DNA of 64,000 nucleotides from the NCBI GenBank assembly GCA_023898565.1, contig CP060228.1:240594-304593 (forward strand), written 5' to 3'. The position numbers were made by a program, and so were the translations under genes. A model generated the notes under the pieces. The model searched no databases. It was not told the DNA's origin and worked only from the letters and a program-made list of their open reading frames with translations. Of the stretch, positions 22,589-32,754 are shown piece by piece (positions within the stretch are counted from its first letter, which is position 1; each line of letters opens with the position of its first letter). Source of the stretch: Candidatus Nomurabacteria bacterium. GTDB lineage: Bacteria; Patescibacteriota; Minisyncoccia; Phycocordibacterales; UBA918.

Positions 22589-23347
22589 CTATTTGCTAAC
22601 TGAGTATCTAGACCATCTACGCTCTCCTTCTCGGACAACTTGTCCAGACTCTATGAGACTATTGAGCTCACGCTGAATTGTCTTTTCACTCACGTCTGTT
22701 ATCACTTCCGCAATGTCTTTGATTGTGGCTTGTGGTTTTGCTTCAAGGACTGTCTTTATGCGTTCTGCTCTATCGGTCAGCTGACTATAGACCAAGTACG
22801 CGTCTGTGCTGATGTCCCCAGCCGGAATCGTAACGCGGCGCTGTCTGTTTGGAGCACCCTGACCGCTCCCACTGCTTGCGGCCGACCGGCTGGCGGGCTT
22901 ACTCGGTGTCTGCTTTGGAATAACCACTTCTGTCAACTCTTCTACTGACACTCCTTCGTTGTTGGTGTAGTGATTGTTGATATATCGAAGTACTGCATCT
23001 AGCTGATCAGACAGGAGGCGGAAAATATCGAGTGGAATTACTTTGGCCATCTGCGCAATACGTAGTGTACTTTCAAGTCCAACGAGTCCGTACTGAAATC
23101 GTAAAAGACCATCGTGCAGCTCGTGTGACTGCAGAGTCAGTGTCTCCAAAGATAGCTCGTGAGTCTTTAATGCTCTGTCCTTAATTTTTTCAATATGAGT
23201 TTCTGTCTTTGAACTGTCTTTTGTCTCAGACAGAATATAGAAAATAACCGACACAATCTTCTCTGTCTTCTTAAAGACATTGTTGTAGTAATTTGTGTCG
23301 CTTGAGAGTCTTTTAATCTGAATTGTGTTGTCCTTTTCTGCCTGCAT
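22589..23347 (-). CDS. hypothetical protein with C-terminal winged-helix DNA-binding domain
   Basis: ...ATIKDIAEVITDVSEKTIQRELNSLIESGQVVREGERRWSRYSV is wHTH-like. Confidence 0.5.
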   Translation of the reverse strand: MQAEKDNTIQIKRLSSDTNYYNNVFKKTEKIVSVIFYILSETKDSSKTETHIEKIKDRALKTHELSLETLTLQSHELHDGLLRFQYGLVGLESTLRIAQMAKVIPLDIFRLLSDQLDAVLRYINNHYTNNEGVSVEELTEVVIPKQTPSKPASRSAASSGSGQGAPNRQRRVTIPAGDISTDAYLVYSQLTDRAERIKTVLEAKPQATIKDIAEVITDVSEKTIQRELNSLIESGQVVREGERRWSRYSVSK

Positions 23348-23548
23348 AGTTGTCTGACCTTAACGACTTTTAAGACGTGTCTTTGTTGTACGTTATCTAC
23401 TACTATAAGGACATTTTTGTACTTTGCAAGAGCTGTCCTTTCTTCGTCCTTGAGATGATTGACCCTGATTTTAGGCCCTTCTTCGTGCTATCATGTGGGT
23501 ACTTTAATTTAGTAACCATTCAGAAATTCAACCCGCTACATTTGTCCT

Positions 23549-25780
23549 ATGGCCCGCAAGAAACGATCGATTAAAAAAGAAAAAGAACCACTCTTCCATG
23601 ACTTGAGTCCACACGCCAAGCAAGCAATTGGAGCGGTAGTGATGGGCATCTTGGCGGTGTTCTTTCTCTTTTCCCTACTCGACTACGCCGGACCAGTCGG
23701 CTCATTTACCGAGGAAGCCCTTGTGGCTCTGTTTGGGGCCGGTGCTTGGCTCTCGCCACTTGCGTGCGCAACATACATATATGTGCTCTTGAATCCACGT
23801 GAGGAAGACCAGAGTCTCAGTGGTGCCAAAATTACCGGAATGATTCTCCTCTTTGTCTCTTTGCTTGCCGGACTCGAACTCTCAGAAGCTGATCGTGGAG
23901 GCTGGGTTGGCTGGGCACTTGAAGCACCGCTCGCATATCTCCTCGACACGACCGTTGCGGGCATCCTTATCTTTGGTCTCGTGCTCATTTCCATCTTCCT
24001 CCTGTTCAATACCGGCATCGGACTGCCAGGATTCTTAAAGAAGAAACCAAACACAGAAAATGAAATGGATACTTTCGATGACATTGAAGCCCTCGATATT
24101 CCCGACATCGAACCAGTCGAGGACGAGCAGACAATAGATGAAGACGAAGCGTCTGATGAAGAGCCAGCGACGGGCCTTGCTGCCATGACCAAGAAAGTCG
24201 CCTCACTCGGCAAAGCCAAAGGTGGCAGCGAAATCGTTATCAAGAATTTTAACGGCACCTACGTTGCTCCGTCACTGACCCTGCTCAATAAAGAAAAAGG
24301 CAAGGCACAAATCGGCGACGTAAAAGCCAACGCCAATACCATCAAACGCACCCTGCGTGACTTCGGTATCAGCGTCGAAATGGATGCGGTGGAGAGCGGT
24401 CCGACTATTACCCGCTACGCACTGAAGCCAGCACAGGGTGTCAAAATTTCTCGCATCGTTGGTCTGCAGCAGGAGTTGCAGCTTGCCCTCAAAGCATCGA
24501 CTATCCGTGTAGAAGCACCGATTCCTGGCCGATCACTCGTGGGTATTGAGGTGCCAAATGAGACCCGTGCCACGGTTGGTCTCGCTTCACTTCTGTCTAC
24601 TCCGGAGTACACTGATTCACCGCATCCGCTTGTAGCCGCACTCGGCAAAGACGTAACCGGCAACGTTCACTTTGCCAACATCGCCCGCATGCCGCACGGC
24701 CTCATCGCTGGTACAACTGGTGCTGGTAAATCGGTGGCAATTCACAACATCATCATCTCACTCCTCTATCGCAACTCACCAGACCAGCTTCGTTTTATCC
24801 TTGTAGACCCGAAGCGCGTCGAGCTCACCCTATACAATAAGATTCCACATCTCCTCACACCAGTTATCACGCAAGCCAAGAAGGCCCTGCAGGCACTTAA
24901 CTGGGCAGTGAAGGAAATGGAACGGCGGTACGACATTCTCGAGTCTGAACAAGTACAAAACCTGTCTTCATACCACAAGAATGTATACCAACCAGCTAAA
25001 GAAGCCTGGGAAGCCGCTGGCAAAAACGAAGAAGATCGCGCCAACCTACCTGAAGCACTCCCTTATATTGTGATTATTCTTGATGAGCTCAATGACCTCA
25101 TGCAAGCGTATCCACGCGAACTCGAGGCGTACATTGTGCGTTTGGCACAGATGTCGCGCGCCGTCGGCATTCACCTTCTCCTCGCCACCCAACGACCGTC
25201 GGTAAACGTTATCACCGGTACAATCAAGGCAAACATCCCAACCCGTGTCGCACTCATGGTGGCCTCGCAGGTAGACTCACGCACGATTATCGACACCGTC
25301 GGAGCCGAAAAACTCCTTGGACAAGGTGACATGCTGTATCAGTCTTCGGACAGTCCAAAACCAATCCGCCTCCAGTCTGCGTATGTGTCGGAAGACGAAA
25401 TCAAGAAAGTGGTAGAATATCTCAAGAAGCAAGACGCGCACGAGCTTGATACGATCAATTTTGACGACGCAGCCAGCAGCAGCAACGACGCCGTCTTTAG
25501 TAGCATGGTTGGTGGTGGCGACGACGCAGACGATGAGCTATACGAAGACGCCAAACTGGCCGTCATTGAGGCTGGTAAAGCATCCACCTCATACATTCAG
25601 CGCAAACTGCGCGTTGGCTACTCTCGTGCCGCCCGTCTCATGGACCTCTTGGAAGAAAATGGTGTTATTGGCCCGGCCGATGGCTCAAAGCCACGCGAAA
25701 TTCTGATGACGGGCGGCAATGATGATATGAACGACGACGCAGAAGAAGATGATGAAACAGACGAAAAACGTCAATTCTAA
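23549..25780 (+). CDS. ftsK: DNA translocase FtsK/SpoIIIE
   Basis: N-terminal TM region; Walker A GTTGAGKSVAIH; LVDPKRVEL; ATQRPS; C-terminal gamma wHTH TSYIQRKLRVGYSRAARLMDLLEENGVIGP. Confidence 0.9.
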   Translation: MARKKRSIKKEKEPLFHDLSPHAKQAIGAVVMGILAVFFLFSLLDYAGPVGSFTEEALVALFGAGAWLSPLACATYIYVLLNPREEDQSLSGAKITGMILLFVSLLAGLELSEADRGGWVGWALEAPLAYLLDTTVAGILIFGLVLISIFLLFNTGIGLPGFLKKKPNTENEMDTFDDIEALDIPDIEPVEDEQTIDEDEASDEEPATGLAAMTKKVASLGKAKGGSEIVIKNFNGTYVAPSLTLLNKEKGKAQIGDVKANANTIKRTLRDFGISVEMDAVESGPTITRYALKPAQGVKISRIVGLQQELQLALKASTIRVEAPIPGRSLVGIEVPNETRATVGLASLLSTPEYTDSPHPLVAALGKDVTGNVHFANIARMPHGLIAGTTGAGKSVAIHNIIISLLYRNSPDQLRFILVDPKRVELTLYNKIPHLLTPVITQAKKALQALNWAVKEMERRYDILESEQVQNLSSYHKNVYQPAKEAWEAAGKNEEDRANLPEALPYIVIILDELNDLMQAYPRELEAYIVRLAQMSRAVGIHLLLATQRPSVNVITGTIKANIPTRVALMVASQVDSRTIIDTVGAEKLLGQGDMLYQSSDSPKPIRLQSAYVSEDEIKKVVEYLKKQDAHELDTINFDDAASSSNDAVFSSMVGGGDDADDELYEDAKLAVIEAGKASTSYIQRKLRVGYSRAARLMDLLEENGVIGPADGSKPREILMTGGNDDMNDDAEEDDETDEKRQF

Positions 25781-25783
25781 CCT

Positions 25784-26161
25784 ATGCATGAAGACACTGT
25801 CCCATTTCGCTCGGTTGTAAAATCAACCCTCATCGCCTCGGGACTCTTAATTATTCTGGGATATGTGATTTTTCAGGCTAGATTCCTGATTATGGGACCA
25901 CAAATCACCCTAACCAGCAGCCCTACCATCATTCATAACGACCGACAAATTTACCTCACTGGCTCCACCTTCAACATCAGTCGCCTTTGGCTCAACGACC
26001 GACAAATTTACACTGACGCGCACGGACATTTCAAGGAGGCGCTCATCCTCGAAAACGGCTATACTGTAGCTACCCTTCGGGCAGAAGATAGATATGGACG
26101 TGTCACCACTGTAGAAAGACCTTTCGTGTACACACCATCGAGTTTTATCCAATCAATCTAA
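25784..26161 (+). CDS. hypothetical membrane-anchored protein
   Basis: ORF with an N-terminal TM helix, directly downstream of ftsK. Confidence 0.4.
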   Translation: MHEDTVPFRSVVKSTLIASGLLIILGYVIFQARFLIMGPQITLTSSPTIIHNDRQIYLTGSTFNISRLWLNDRQIYTDAHGHFKEALILENGYTVATLRAEDRYGRVTTVERPFVYTPSSFIQSI

Positions 26162-26304
26162 GCAATGACGAACACTATGGCAGCAGCAAAAAAGATAAAT
26201 GAAATAAGGAGCAAAAGCGACTATATTGAATTTACGTCTCAATTTCGCCCTGCCCTAGGCGAAATTGCTAGACGAACCCAAGTTTACTCATAACAATACA
26301 TACT

Positions 26305-27378
26305 ATGGCAGCAGCAAAAAAGAAGACCGCAAAAACCACCGACGCACCAGAAACCGCTGAAAAGAAAGGCACTAATGAGATTCTTGAGACAATTCGTAGC
26401 ATCAAGACCAAGTTTGGTGACGAGGCAATTATGACTCTCGACGAAACCAAGCACGTCGATGTGGAAGCAATTTCATCAGGTTCAATCGGTCTGGATGATG
26501 CGCTTGGCATTGGCGGTTATCCGCGCGGGCGTATTATTGAAATATTTGGTCCAGAGTCATCGGGCAAAACTACTCTTTCCTTGCATGCCGTAGCCGAAGC
26601 ACAAAAAGCCGGTGGGATTTGTGCATTTATCGACGCAGAGCATGCGATGGACCCAGAGTACGCTAAGAATCTCGGTGTGAAGCTCGACGAACTCCTTATT
26701 TCCCAGCCTGACAACGGCGAACAGGCGCTGGAGATTGTGGAGTCACTCGTCCGCTCCGGTAAGCTCGACGTGATTGTGATTGACTCAGTCGCTGCGCTCA
26801 CTCCACGAGACGAAATCGAGGGTGAGATGGGTGCGCACCATGTAGGTAAGCAAGCTCGTCTCATGAGCCAGGCGCTCCGCAAGCTCACCGGTATTGTGGC
26901 CAAAAGCAAAACGGTAGTGATCTTCATTAACCAAATCCGTATGCAGGTTGGTGTGATGTTTGGTAACCCAGAAACCACCCCGGGTGGTAAAGCGCTTAAA
27001 TTCTATACTTCAGTTCGTCTTGATATTCGCCGTATCGCACAGATTAAGAAGGGCGAAGAAGTAGTTGGCGGCCGCCACCGCGTGAAAGTAGTGAAGAATA
27101 AGGTCGCTGCCCCATTCCGCACCACTGAATTCGACCTCCTCTACGGAGAAGGCATTTCAGGCGAAGGTGAACTTTTGGCTCTCGGTGAAAAGTACAAGAT
27201 GGTCACCAAAGCCGGCGCCTCATACTCATACACCCCACCAGGTGGCGATGAGTCAACTGTCGTGAAGCTCGGCCGTGGCTATGATGCTGCGCGCACCACG
27301 CTGAAAGAAGATAAGAAACTCAAAGCGGAACTACTGAAGAACATTCGTAAGGCGCTTAAGGAAGAAGCTGCGAAGTAA
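26305..27378 (+). CDS. recA: recombinase RecA
   Basis: [13 protein letters not shown] (Walker A), [12 protein letters not shown], and conserved L2 region; lysine-rich N-terminal extension. Confidence 0.9.
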   Translation: MAAAKKKTAKTTDAPETAEKKGTNEILETIRSIKTKFGDEAIMTLDETKHVDVEAISSGSIGLDDALGIGGYPRGRIIEIFGPESSGKTTLSLHAVAEAQKAGGICAFIDAEHAMDPEYAKNLGVKLDELLISQPDNGEQALEIVESLVRSGKLDVIVIDSVAALTPRDEIEGEMGAHHVGKQARLMSQALRKLTGIVAKSKTVVIFINQIRMQVGVMFGNPETTPGGKALKFYTSVRLDIRRIAQIKKGEEVVGGRHRVKVVKNKVAAPFRTTEFDLLYGEGISGEGELLALGEKYKMVTKAGASYSYTPPGGDESTVVKLGRGYDAARTTLKEDKKLKAELLKNIRKALKEEAAK

Positions 27379-27389
27379 TGAGCTGTGCG

Positions 27390-27427
27390 AAAACCGGCTG
27401 GGACCCTTTGGGTCCCAGCCGGTTTTT
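27390..27427 (+). terminator. terminator after recA
   Basis: aaaaccggctgggaccctttgggtcccagccggttttt. Confidence 0.6.
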
Positions 27428-27443
27428 CAATACAACGTTATGA

Positions 27444-27782
27444 CTACGCTACTTTAGGTAGCAAAATACGAGACGCCAATGCCTGCATGAGATGATAGCC
27501 AGCACTCACTGTCACTACCCCAGCCACCACAAAGGTTACTACGGTCACGAGCTCGCCATGCGTAGCTGCCTCCACAAAACTATTCCACACAAACCTCGGC
27601 GCACCGCCCACGGGTACAGAAAGTAAATTGTGCACAATACTCGCCACGTGAAGCCATTTTGCTAAGAAAAAGCCCGCGACGGGAAGAAATACTCCCTGCC
27701 AAAACATACTATGCGAAATAATACTAAGCCCATAGCTGTAGTACACCCGCCGCATGATGATTGATTGCATATCTGACTTCAT
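27444..27782 (-). CDS. small membrane protein, putative anti-sigma factor
   Basis: Immediately downstream of the ECF sigma gene; 3-4 TM helices. Assigned from position only. Confidence 0.4.
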   Translation of the reverse strand: MKSDMQSIIMRRVYYSYGLSIISHSMFWQGVFLPVAGFFLAKWLHVASIVHNLLSVPVGGAPRFVWNSFVEAATHGELVTVVTFVVAGVVTVSAGYHLMQALASRILLPKVA

Positions 27783-27833
27783 ACTCTCTATATCTCAACT
27801 AGTTACAAAAAAGTTACTGCATCCAGCCAGGAC

Positions 27834-28424
27834 TTATAGCAACGCCTCGGCTTCTCCATCTTTCCCCTCTTTTTTAAAAGCTGCCTTGGCGCGATGAATG
27901 CGCGCCTTGATAGTGCCGGCATTTTCTCCAGTATAATCGGCGATATCTTGATGCGACCACCGCTCAATGTAATGCAACCTAAGCACGACCGCAAAGTGCT
28001 CTGGAAGACGAGCTAATATTCGGTCTACCCCGTCTCGCTTTTCAGCAAAGCCGCTATGTTCTTTCCACTCACCGTACTGCTGCTCCAGCTCTGGATCCAT
28101 TGCTACAAAACGCTGCCTATCCTTCACCACTTTCTGATAGCGCGTAAAAGCAGTATTCAGTAGTATGCGATACGCCCATGATGAAAACTTCGCCCCCGAT
28201 TGTGGCTCGTATTTATCAGCGTTTACGTAGATTTTGGTAAATGCGTCCTGTACCACCTCCTCCACATCAAGTGGATCATAGATAATCGCGCGAACCTTTC
28301 GCGTAAACGGGTCTTGGTATCGGCGCACCAAAATAGCGAACAACCACGGCGAAGACTGCGACTCCGCCAAAAGCCGCTCATCTTCCCATTCCTCCGCTTC
28401 ATCCGTAGCTGTAAATCCCAACAT
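27834..28424 (-). CDS. ECF-type RNA polymerase sigma-70 factor
   Basis: Region 2 (VQDAFTKIYVNADKY) and region 4 HTH (WSHQDIADYTGENAGTIKARIHRAK). Confidence 0.75.
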   Translation of the reverse strand: MLGFTATDEAEEWEDERLLAESQSSPWLFAILVRRYQDPFTRKVRAIIYDPLDVEEVVQDAFTKIYVNADKYEPQSGAKFSSWAYRILLNTAFTRYQKVVKDRQRFVAMDPELEQQYGEWKEHSGFAEKRDGVDRILARLPEHFAVVLRLHYIERWSHQDIADYTGENAGTIKARIHRAKAAFKKEGKDGEAEALL

Positions 28425-28467
28425 ATGCTAGTATGCTGCCACTCTAACACAATAGAAAAATTTTAAT

Positions 28468-29043
28468 ATGGCAGTTTTATCTTACAACGAGATTACCGTT
28501 AAAAAAGTCATTAATTACGAGGATGAACCCTTTTTGGTGATTTCGTCACACGTATTCCGCAAGCAGAAGCGCAAGCCAGTCAATAACACCAAGCTCAAAA
28601 GCCTTAAATCAGGCAAATTGCTTGAGGTTACGTTCCATCAAAACGAAACTGCCGATGAAGCCGAACTGGAGACCCGCAGTGTTACGTATATCTACAAAAA
28701 ACCTGGAGAATACTGGTTCCACAACACCGGCAAGCCATCCGAACGCTTCGCAATGCCAGAAGACCAGGTGGGCGATCAAGGCAAATATATGAAAGAGCGC
28801 ACTGAGATTGACGCCCTCATTTTCAACGAAGAGATTATTGGTCTCAAGTTCCCAATTAAGGTAGACCTTAAGGTAACTGAAGCCATGCCGGCAGTTAAGG
28901 GCAATACTTCAAGCGGCGCTCAAAAGGAGGTAACACTAGAGACTGGTGCTACCATCATGGTGCCAATGTTTATCAACGAAGGTGACATCATTAGTATCAA
29001 CACCGAAGAAGGTACATACTCTGCTCGCGCTGAGAAGAATTAA
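28468..29043 (+). CDS. efp: elongation factor P
   Basis: Overall EF-P architecture and C-terminal GATIMVPMFINEGDIISINTEEGTYSARA. The loop that usually carries KPGKG is RKQKRKPVNN. Confidence 0.8.
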   Translation: MAVLSYNEITVKKVINYEDEPFLVISSHVFRKQKRKPVNNTKLKSLKSGKLLEVTFHQNETADEAELETRSVTYIYKKPGEYWFHNTGKPSERFAMPEDQVGDQGKYMKERTEIDALIFNEEIIGLKFPIKVDLKVTEAMPAVKGNTSSGAQKEVTLETGATIMVPMFINEGDIISINTEEGTYSARAEKN

Positions 29044-29052
29044 TGCATGAGA

Positions 29053-29085
29053 AAGGGCCGACGCGTACGCGTCGGCCCTTTTTTG
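29053..29085 (+). terminator. terminator after efp
   Basis: aaagggccgacgcgtacgcgtcggccctttttt. Confidence 0.6.
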
Positions 29086-29088
29086 ACC

Positions 29089-29304
29089 CTACTCCATTCG
29101 CTGATCAAACGGATGCTGTGCCGCCCATTCCCGGACTCGCCGAATTTGCGGCACGTCGATGGTTTGAATTTCAACGGTGGTGATGTTGTCATTTACTGCC
29201 TCATCATTGATGAACCGCGCCAGACATTGTCCGGTGCGCCGAAATGCTGCCTGAGCCACTTGGTACAAGCGACCACACGCAGTTGCTACCGCGAAGATGA
29301 ACAT
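29089..29304 (-). CDS. hypothetical small protein (71 aa)
   Basis: ORF between two terminators; no family recognised. Confidence 0.35.
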   Translation of the reverse strand: MFIFAVATACGRLYQVAQAAFRRTGQCLARFINDEAVNDNITTVEIQTIDVPQIRRVREWAAQHPFDQRME

Positions 29305-29347
29305 AGCGTTCTCCTTTCGTACTTCCCATACCCATTATGGCAGAGGA

Positions 29348-29383
29348 AACAAAAACCGCAATCATTTGATTGCGGTTTTTGTT
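29348..29383. terminator. bidirectional terminator
   Basis: aaacaaaaaccgcaatcatttgattgcggtttttgtt. Confidence 0.55.
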
Positions 29384-29384
29384 C

Positions 29385-29585
29385 CTAGTGCTGGATGTAT
29401 GGCATAAGAGCCATGAATCGTGCGCGCTTTACAGCAGAAGCGAAGTTTCGCTGGGCTTTTGCGGTCATGTGTGTACGACGACGATTGAACATACGAGCGT
29501 GTGGGTTCACATTAGCCTTAAGGCGCATAATGTCCTTGTAGTCGATGTGGTGCGCAGGCTGGCTGGTTTCTTTTACTTCGGTCAT
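29385..29585 (-). CDS. rpsR: 30S ribosomal protein bS18
   Basis: ...RRRTHMTAKAQRNFASAVKRARFMALMPY; start taken at M9 (ATG 29583-29585). Confidence 0.85.
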   Translation of the reverse strand: MTEVKETSQPAHHIDYKDIMRLKANVNPHARMFNRRRTHMTAKAQRNFASAVKRARFMALMPYIQH

Positions 29586-29739
29586 GATTTTATTAGTTAG
29601 ACAAAGCAACAGGTCAAAATTCTAAATTCAGAGGTGACCCAGATACAAGGCGCCGGAAGAAAATAATACGAATGGGACTTACGTCCAGTGAGTATTATTT
29701 TACTGAAAGGCAACACCGTAGCTGGGTTACATTCTGTAT

Positions 29740-30180
29740 TTAGAAAGGAATGTCCTCGGGATTGATCTCCTCCTCTGGATAATCTGGAATCGCAGGCGCT
29801 TTTCCATCATCTCCCCCCACTGCTGCTGCAGCTGGTGCTCCAGAACCGGTCGCTCCGCCCTTTGGCCCAAATTGGACACGATCGGCGATGATTTCCGTAC
29901 GATACTGCTTCTGACCGTCCTTATCCCAACTCCGGGTCTGCATGCGACCTTCTACGAAGACGCCGTTACCCTTGAAGAGATATTTTGCAGAATTTTCAGC
30001 TTGCTTACCAAATACCACAATGTTGTGATAATCAGCCGCCTCCTGACGCTTACCATCGCGGTCATTGAAGACGCGGTTGGTTGCGACTGAGAAGCTACAT
30101 ACTTGCATCCCGCTTGGGAGAGCCTTGAGTTCTGGGTCACGAGTGAGATTCCCGTAGACCATTGCTTTGTTAAGATACAT
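29740..30180 (-). CDS. ssb: single-stranded DNA-binding protein
   Basis: OB fold MYLNKAMVYGNLTRDPELK...; C-terminal acidic tail ...EDIPF. Confidence 0.9.
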   Translation of the reverse strand: MYLNKAMVYGNLTRDPELKALPSGMQVCSFSVATNRVFNDRDGKRQEAADYHNIVVFGKQAENSAKYLFKGNGVFVEGRMQTRSWDKDGQKQYRTEIIADRVQFGPKGGATGSGAPAAAAVGGDDGKAPAIPDYPEEEINPEDIPF

Positions 30181-30218
30181 AATTTCGGATTTGAATCGTT
30201 AAGACGTGTATCAGGCAA

Positions 30219-30740
30219 TTATACCTTGTCTTCTGATTCTGCTCCATCTTCGGCTTCAGTAGCCTCCTCGGTTTCAGTTTCGTCAACCTCTTCGGCTGAC
30301 TCTTCACCGTCTTCTGACGCTTCGTCTAGGTCAACTGTTTCAACCTTCTTTCCAGCAGCAGCGAGTGCTTCGTGGAAGTAAAATGGGTTTTCCTCTTCAA
30401 CCTTAGTAAGCTTGGTAAGCATGTGACGGAGCAATTCCTTGGTTCCATCTACTTCTTCCATAATTTCTTCGATCGCTGCCGGTTCTGCTGTAAAGCGTAC
30501 CCATCCGAAGTATGCGCTGGCGAACTTGCGATTGCGACCTTCAAGGTGCTTCACAATTTCGTATGCGAGCTCAAAACGAGCTGGTGCTTCTTCGATAGTC
30601 ACGGTACCACCGTGCTTAGTAATGGCAGCCTTGAGCTTATCAAAGACTGTAGTCACTTCCCCTTCAGCAACCGTTGGAAGTACGTGGAAGGCAAGCTCGT
30701 ATGAGTTCACCTCGGCTGCTGGCATGTTTGTTTCTGACAT
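30219..30740 (-). CDS. rpsF: 30S ribosomal protein bS6 with long acidic C-terminal tail
   Basis: YELAFHVLPT...RFELAYEIVKH; sits in the classic rpsF-ssb-rpsR arrangement. Confidence 0.85.
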   Translation of the reverse strand: MSETNMPAAEVNSYELAFHVLPTVAEGEVTTVFDKLKAAITKHGGTVTIEEAPARFELAYEIVKHLEGRNRKFASAYFGWVRFTAEPAAIEEIMEEVDGTKELLRHMLTKLTKVEEENPFYFHEALAAAGKKVETVDLDEASEDGEESAEEVDETETEEATEAEDGAESEDKV

Positions 30741-30802
30741 GTGTTCAGGAACTTAATTAATAACGCGGAGAACAATACCACAAAGATGGTTTTATTTCAA
30801 TA

Positions 30803-31855
30803 CTATTTTCGCTCCCTCGAGCGTGCTTTTAGCGCTGCCACGGCAATATACACCCCACCCGTCATCAGCGCGATATACCAGACGCTTATGCCAATAATTG
30901 CCACCGGTGGCAAAACACTGAAAATCGTTACCGATACGCCAAAGACTAAAAATACCGTACGGATCTGCTGCCAACTGAAAAATTCAGACCCTAACACTGA
31001 TTCCGTAGACGTTGCCTTTTGGGAGCGCGCAAAAAGATACACAGCCACTACATAGGTGAGCAATATAACCACAATCGGCTCTACGGTTTGCGGAATTCCT
31101 TCCGGCACCAATTTGGGGTACGTCACTAGATAGAGCAGCGTCAGCAATATTCCATAAGCCCAAAAACCCATCCTACTTACTGCCAATGCTCGAATATCAA
31201 CCAATTGACGTTTCCTAAGCAAGGCGACCATTAAAAAGGTGCCCAGTATCGTAAACCAAGCTGCTGGCGCAAAAAACCCGTGAGAAGTGGCCACAATCGG
31301 TCCACAGCCTACCACCAAGGCCAAGATCAGCCGCCATTTCTTCTTTCCGTACTGCAAAAGTGATTGAAACTCCGGCAAAACCTTACCTGAAATTAACTGA
31401 TACAGCGCAATTGGCACAATGAATGACATCACGGGGTGCCACCACAAAACGAGCGCAACATACTCACCAATTCCCACCCCTGCCACTTCACCAAATACGA
31501 ATCCACCGTTACTTGGATACCCAATCCATAGCACCTTGGTAATCCAGGCTTCATACAAGGCAAACATCACTCCTAGAAAATATAGCTGGTACCAAGCGGT
31601 TTTTTGGAATCGAACAGCCACCGACCACAGAAAGACGATGTGTAGAAAATATAGCGGAAACGTCACCAAAAGCGCCCAAGGACTAACAAACCACAGTGGT
31701 GATGAACCTGATAAAAGCTCGGCACTGGCCATACCGAAGACAGCCAAAAGCACGTAACTAGCAAACATACCCACATAGTAGCACTTACGTACCCTCAAAT
31801 TACGATTAGTGGTATGATAAAAAACACATGAAATTATCACACGATGCAACGACAT
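30803..31855 (-). CDS. polytopic membrane protein, hypothetical
   Basis: About 10 predicted TM helices; start ambiguous. Confidence 0.5.
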   Translation of the reverse strand: MSLHRVIISCVFYHTTNRNLRVRKCYYVGMFASYVLLAVFGMASAELLSGSSPLWFVSPWALLVTFPLYFLHIVFLWSVAVRFQKTAWYQLYFLGVMFALYEAWITKVLWIGYPSNGGFVFGEVAGVGIGEYVALVLWWHPVMSFIVPIALYQLISGKVLPEFQSLLQYGKKKWRLILALVVGCGPIVATSHGFFAPAAWFTILGTFLMVALLRKRQLVDIRALAVSRMGFWAYGILLTLLYLVTYPKLVPEGIPQTVEPIVVILLTYVVAVYLFARSQKATSTESVLGSEFFSWQQIRTVFLVFGVSVTIFSVLPPVAIIGISVWYIALMTGGVYIAVAALKARSRERK

Positions 31856-32754
31856 ATTTGATAGGCACAGTCGCTGTTATAGGCATAATTGCAAGCACTG
31901 CACTCACCCTCCTGAACCAGAACAAAAGCTCTGAAATTGCCATCCTTACAGCCGAACGAAACAACTTACTGCAAGAAAAGTCTCAAAAGATCAACGAGCT
32001 AGAAGTAGCTAGTAGTACGATTGCCGACCTCAAATCAGACTTGGCTGATTTCAAAGAAGAACTTGAAGAACTCGCCGATGACTACCGCGACGAGAAAAAT
32101 AAGAATGACGACTTCGAAGACCAAATACGCGACCTCGCTGGCACCCTTGGCGACCTCGACAAACTGGCCAAGACTGATGAGGAGCTACTTGCTAAATATT
32201 CAAAAGTGTACTTCCTGAATGAAAACTATACCCCGTCTCGCGTAAAACAAATTGATGACAAGTACATCCTCCCAGGTAAGAAAGACCAGTATTTTCACGC
32301 TGAAGCCATCGACCACCTCGAAGATTTACTTGACGCAGCAAAAAAAGCTGACCTCGACCTTAAAGTTGCATCCGCCTACCGCTCTTTCGACGAACAAACT
32401 GACCTCAAGGGTCAATACACGCAAGTCTATGGCACTGGCGCAAATGCCTTCTCAGCCGACCAAGGTTACTCAGAACACCAACTTGGCACCACCGTTGACC
32501 TCACTACCGTTGAAGTTGGCGGGACATATACCAGCTTTAAAGATACCGATGCCTACACCTGGCTCCTTGATAACGCCTACAAATACGGCTTTATCCTTTC
32601 CTACCCTGAAGGTAATGATTATTACATTTTCGAACCGTGGCATTGGCGCTTTGTTGGGATCGACTTGGCTCGCGACTTGCATCGCAAAGATAAAACATTT
32701 TACGACCTTGACCAGCGTGATATTAATGAGTATCTGTTGACTTTGTTTGACTAA
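31828..32754 (+). CDS. membrane-anchored D-Ala-D-Ala carboxypeptidase (peptidase M15B, VanY-like) with coiled-coil linker
   Basis: SAYRSFDEQ ... SEHQLGTTVDL ... EPWHWRFVG are the M15 VanY-type Zn-binding motifs. Confidence 0.75.
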   Translation: MKLSHDATTYLIGTVAVIGIIASTALTLLNQNKSSEIAILTAERNNLLQEKSQKINELEVASSTIADLKSDLADFKEELEELADDYRDEKNKNDDFEDQIRDLAGTLGDLDKLAKTDEELLAKYSKVYFLNENYTPSRVKQIDDKYILPGKKDQYFHAEAIDHLEDLLDAAKKADLDLKVASAYRSFDEQTDLKGQYTQVYGTGANAFSADQGYSEHQLGTTVDLTTVEVGGTYTSFKDTDAYTWLLDNAYKYGFILSYPEGNDYYIFEPWHWRFVGIDLARDLHRKDKTFYDLDQRDINEYLLTLFD

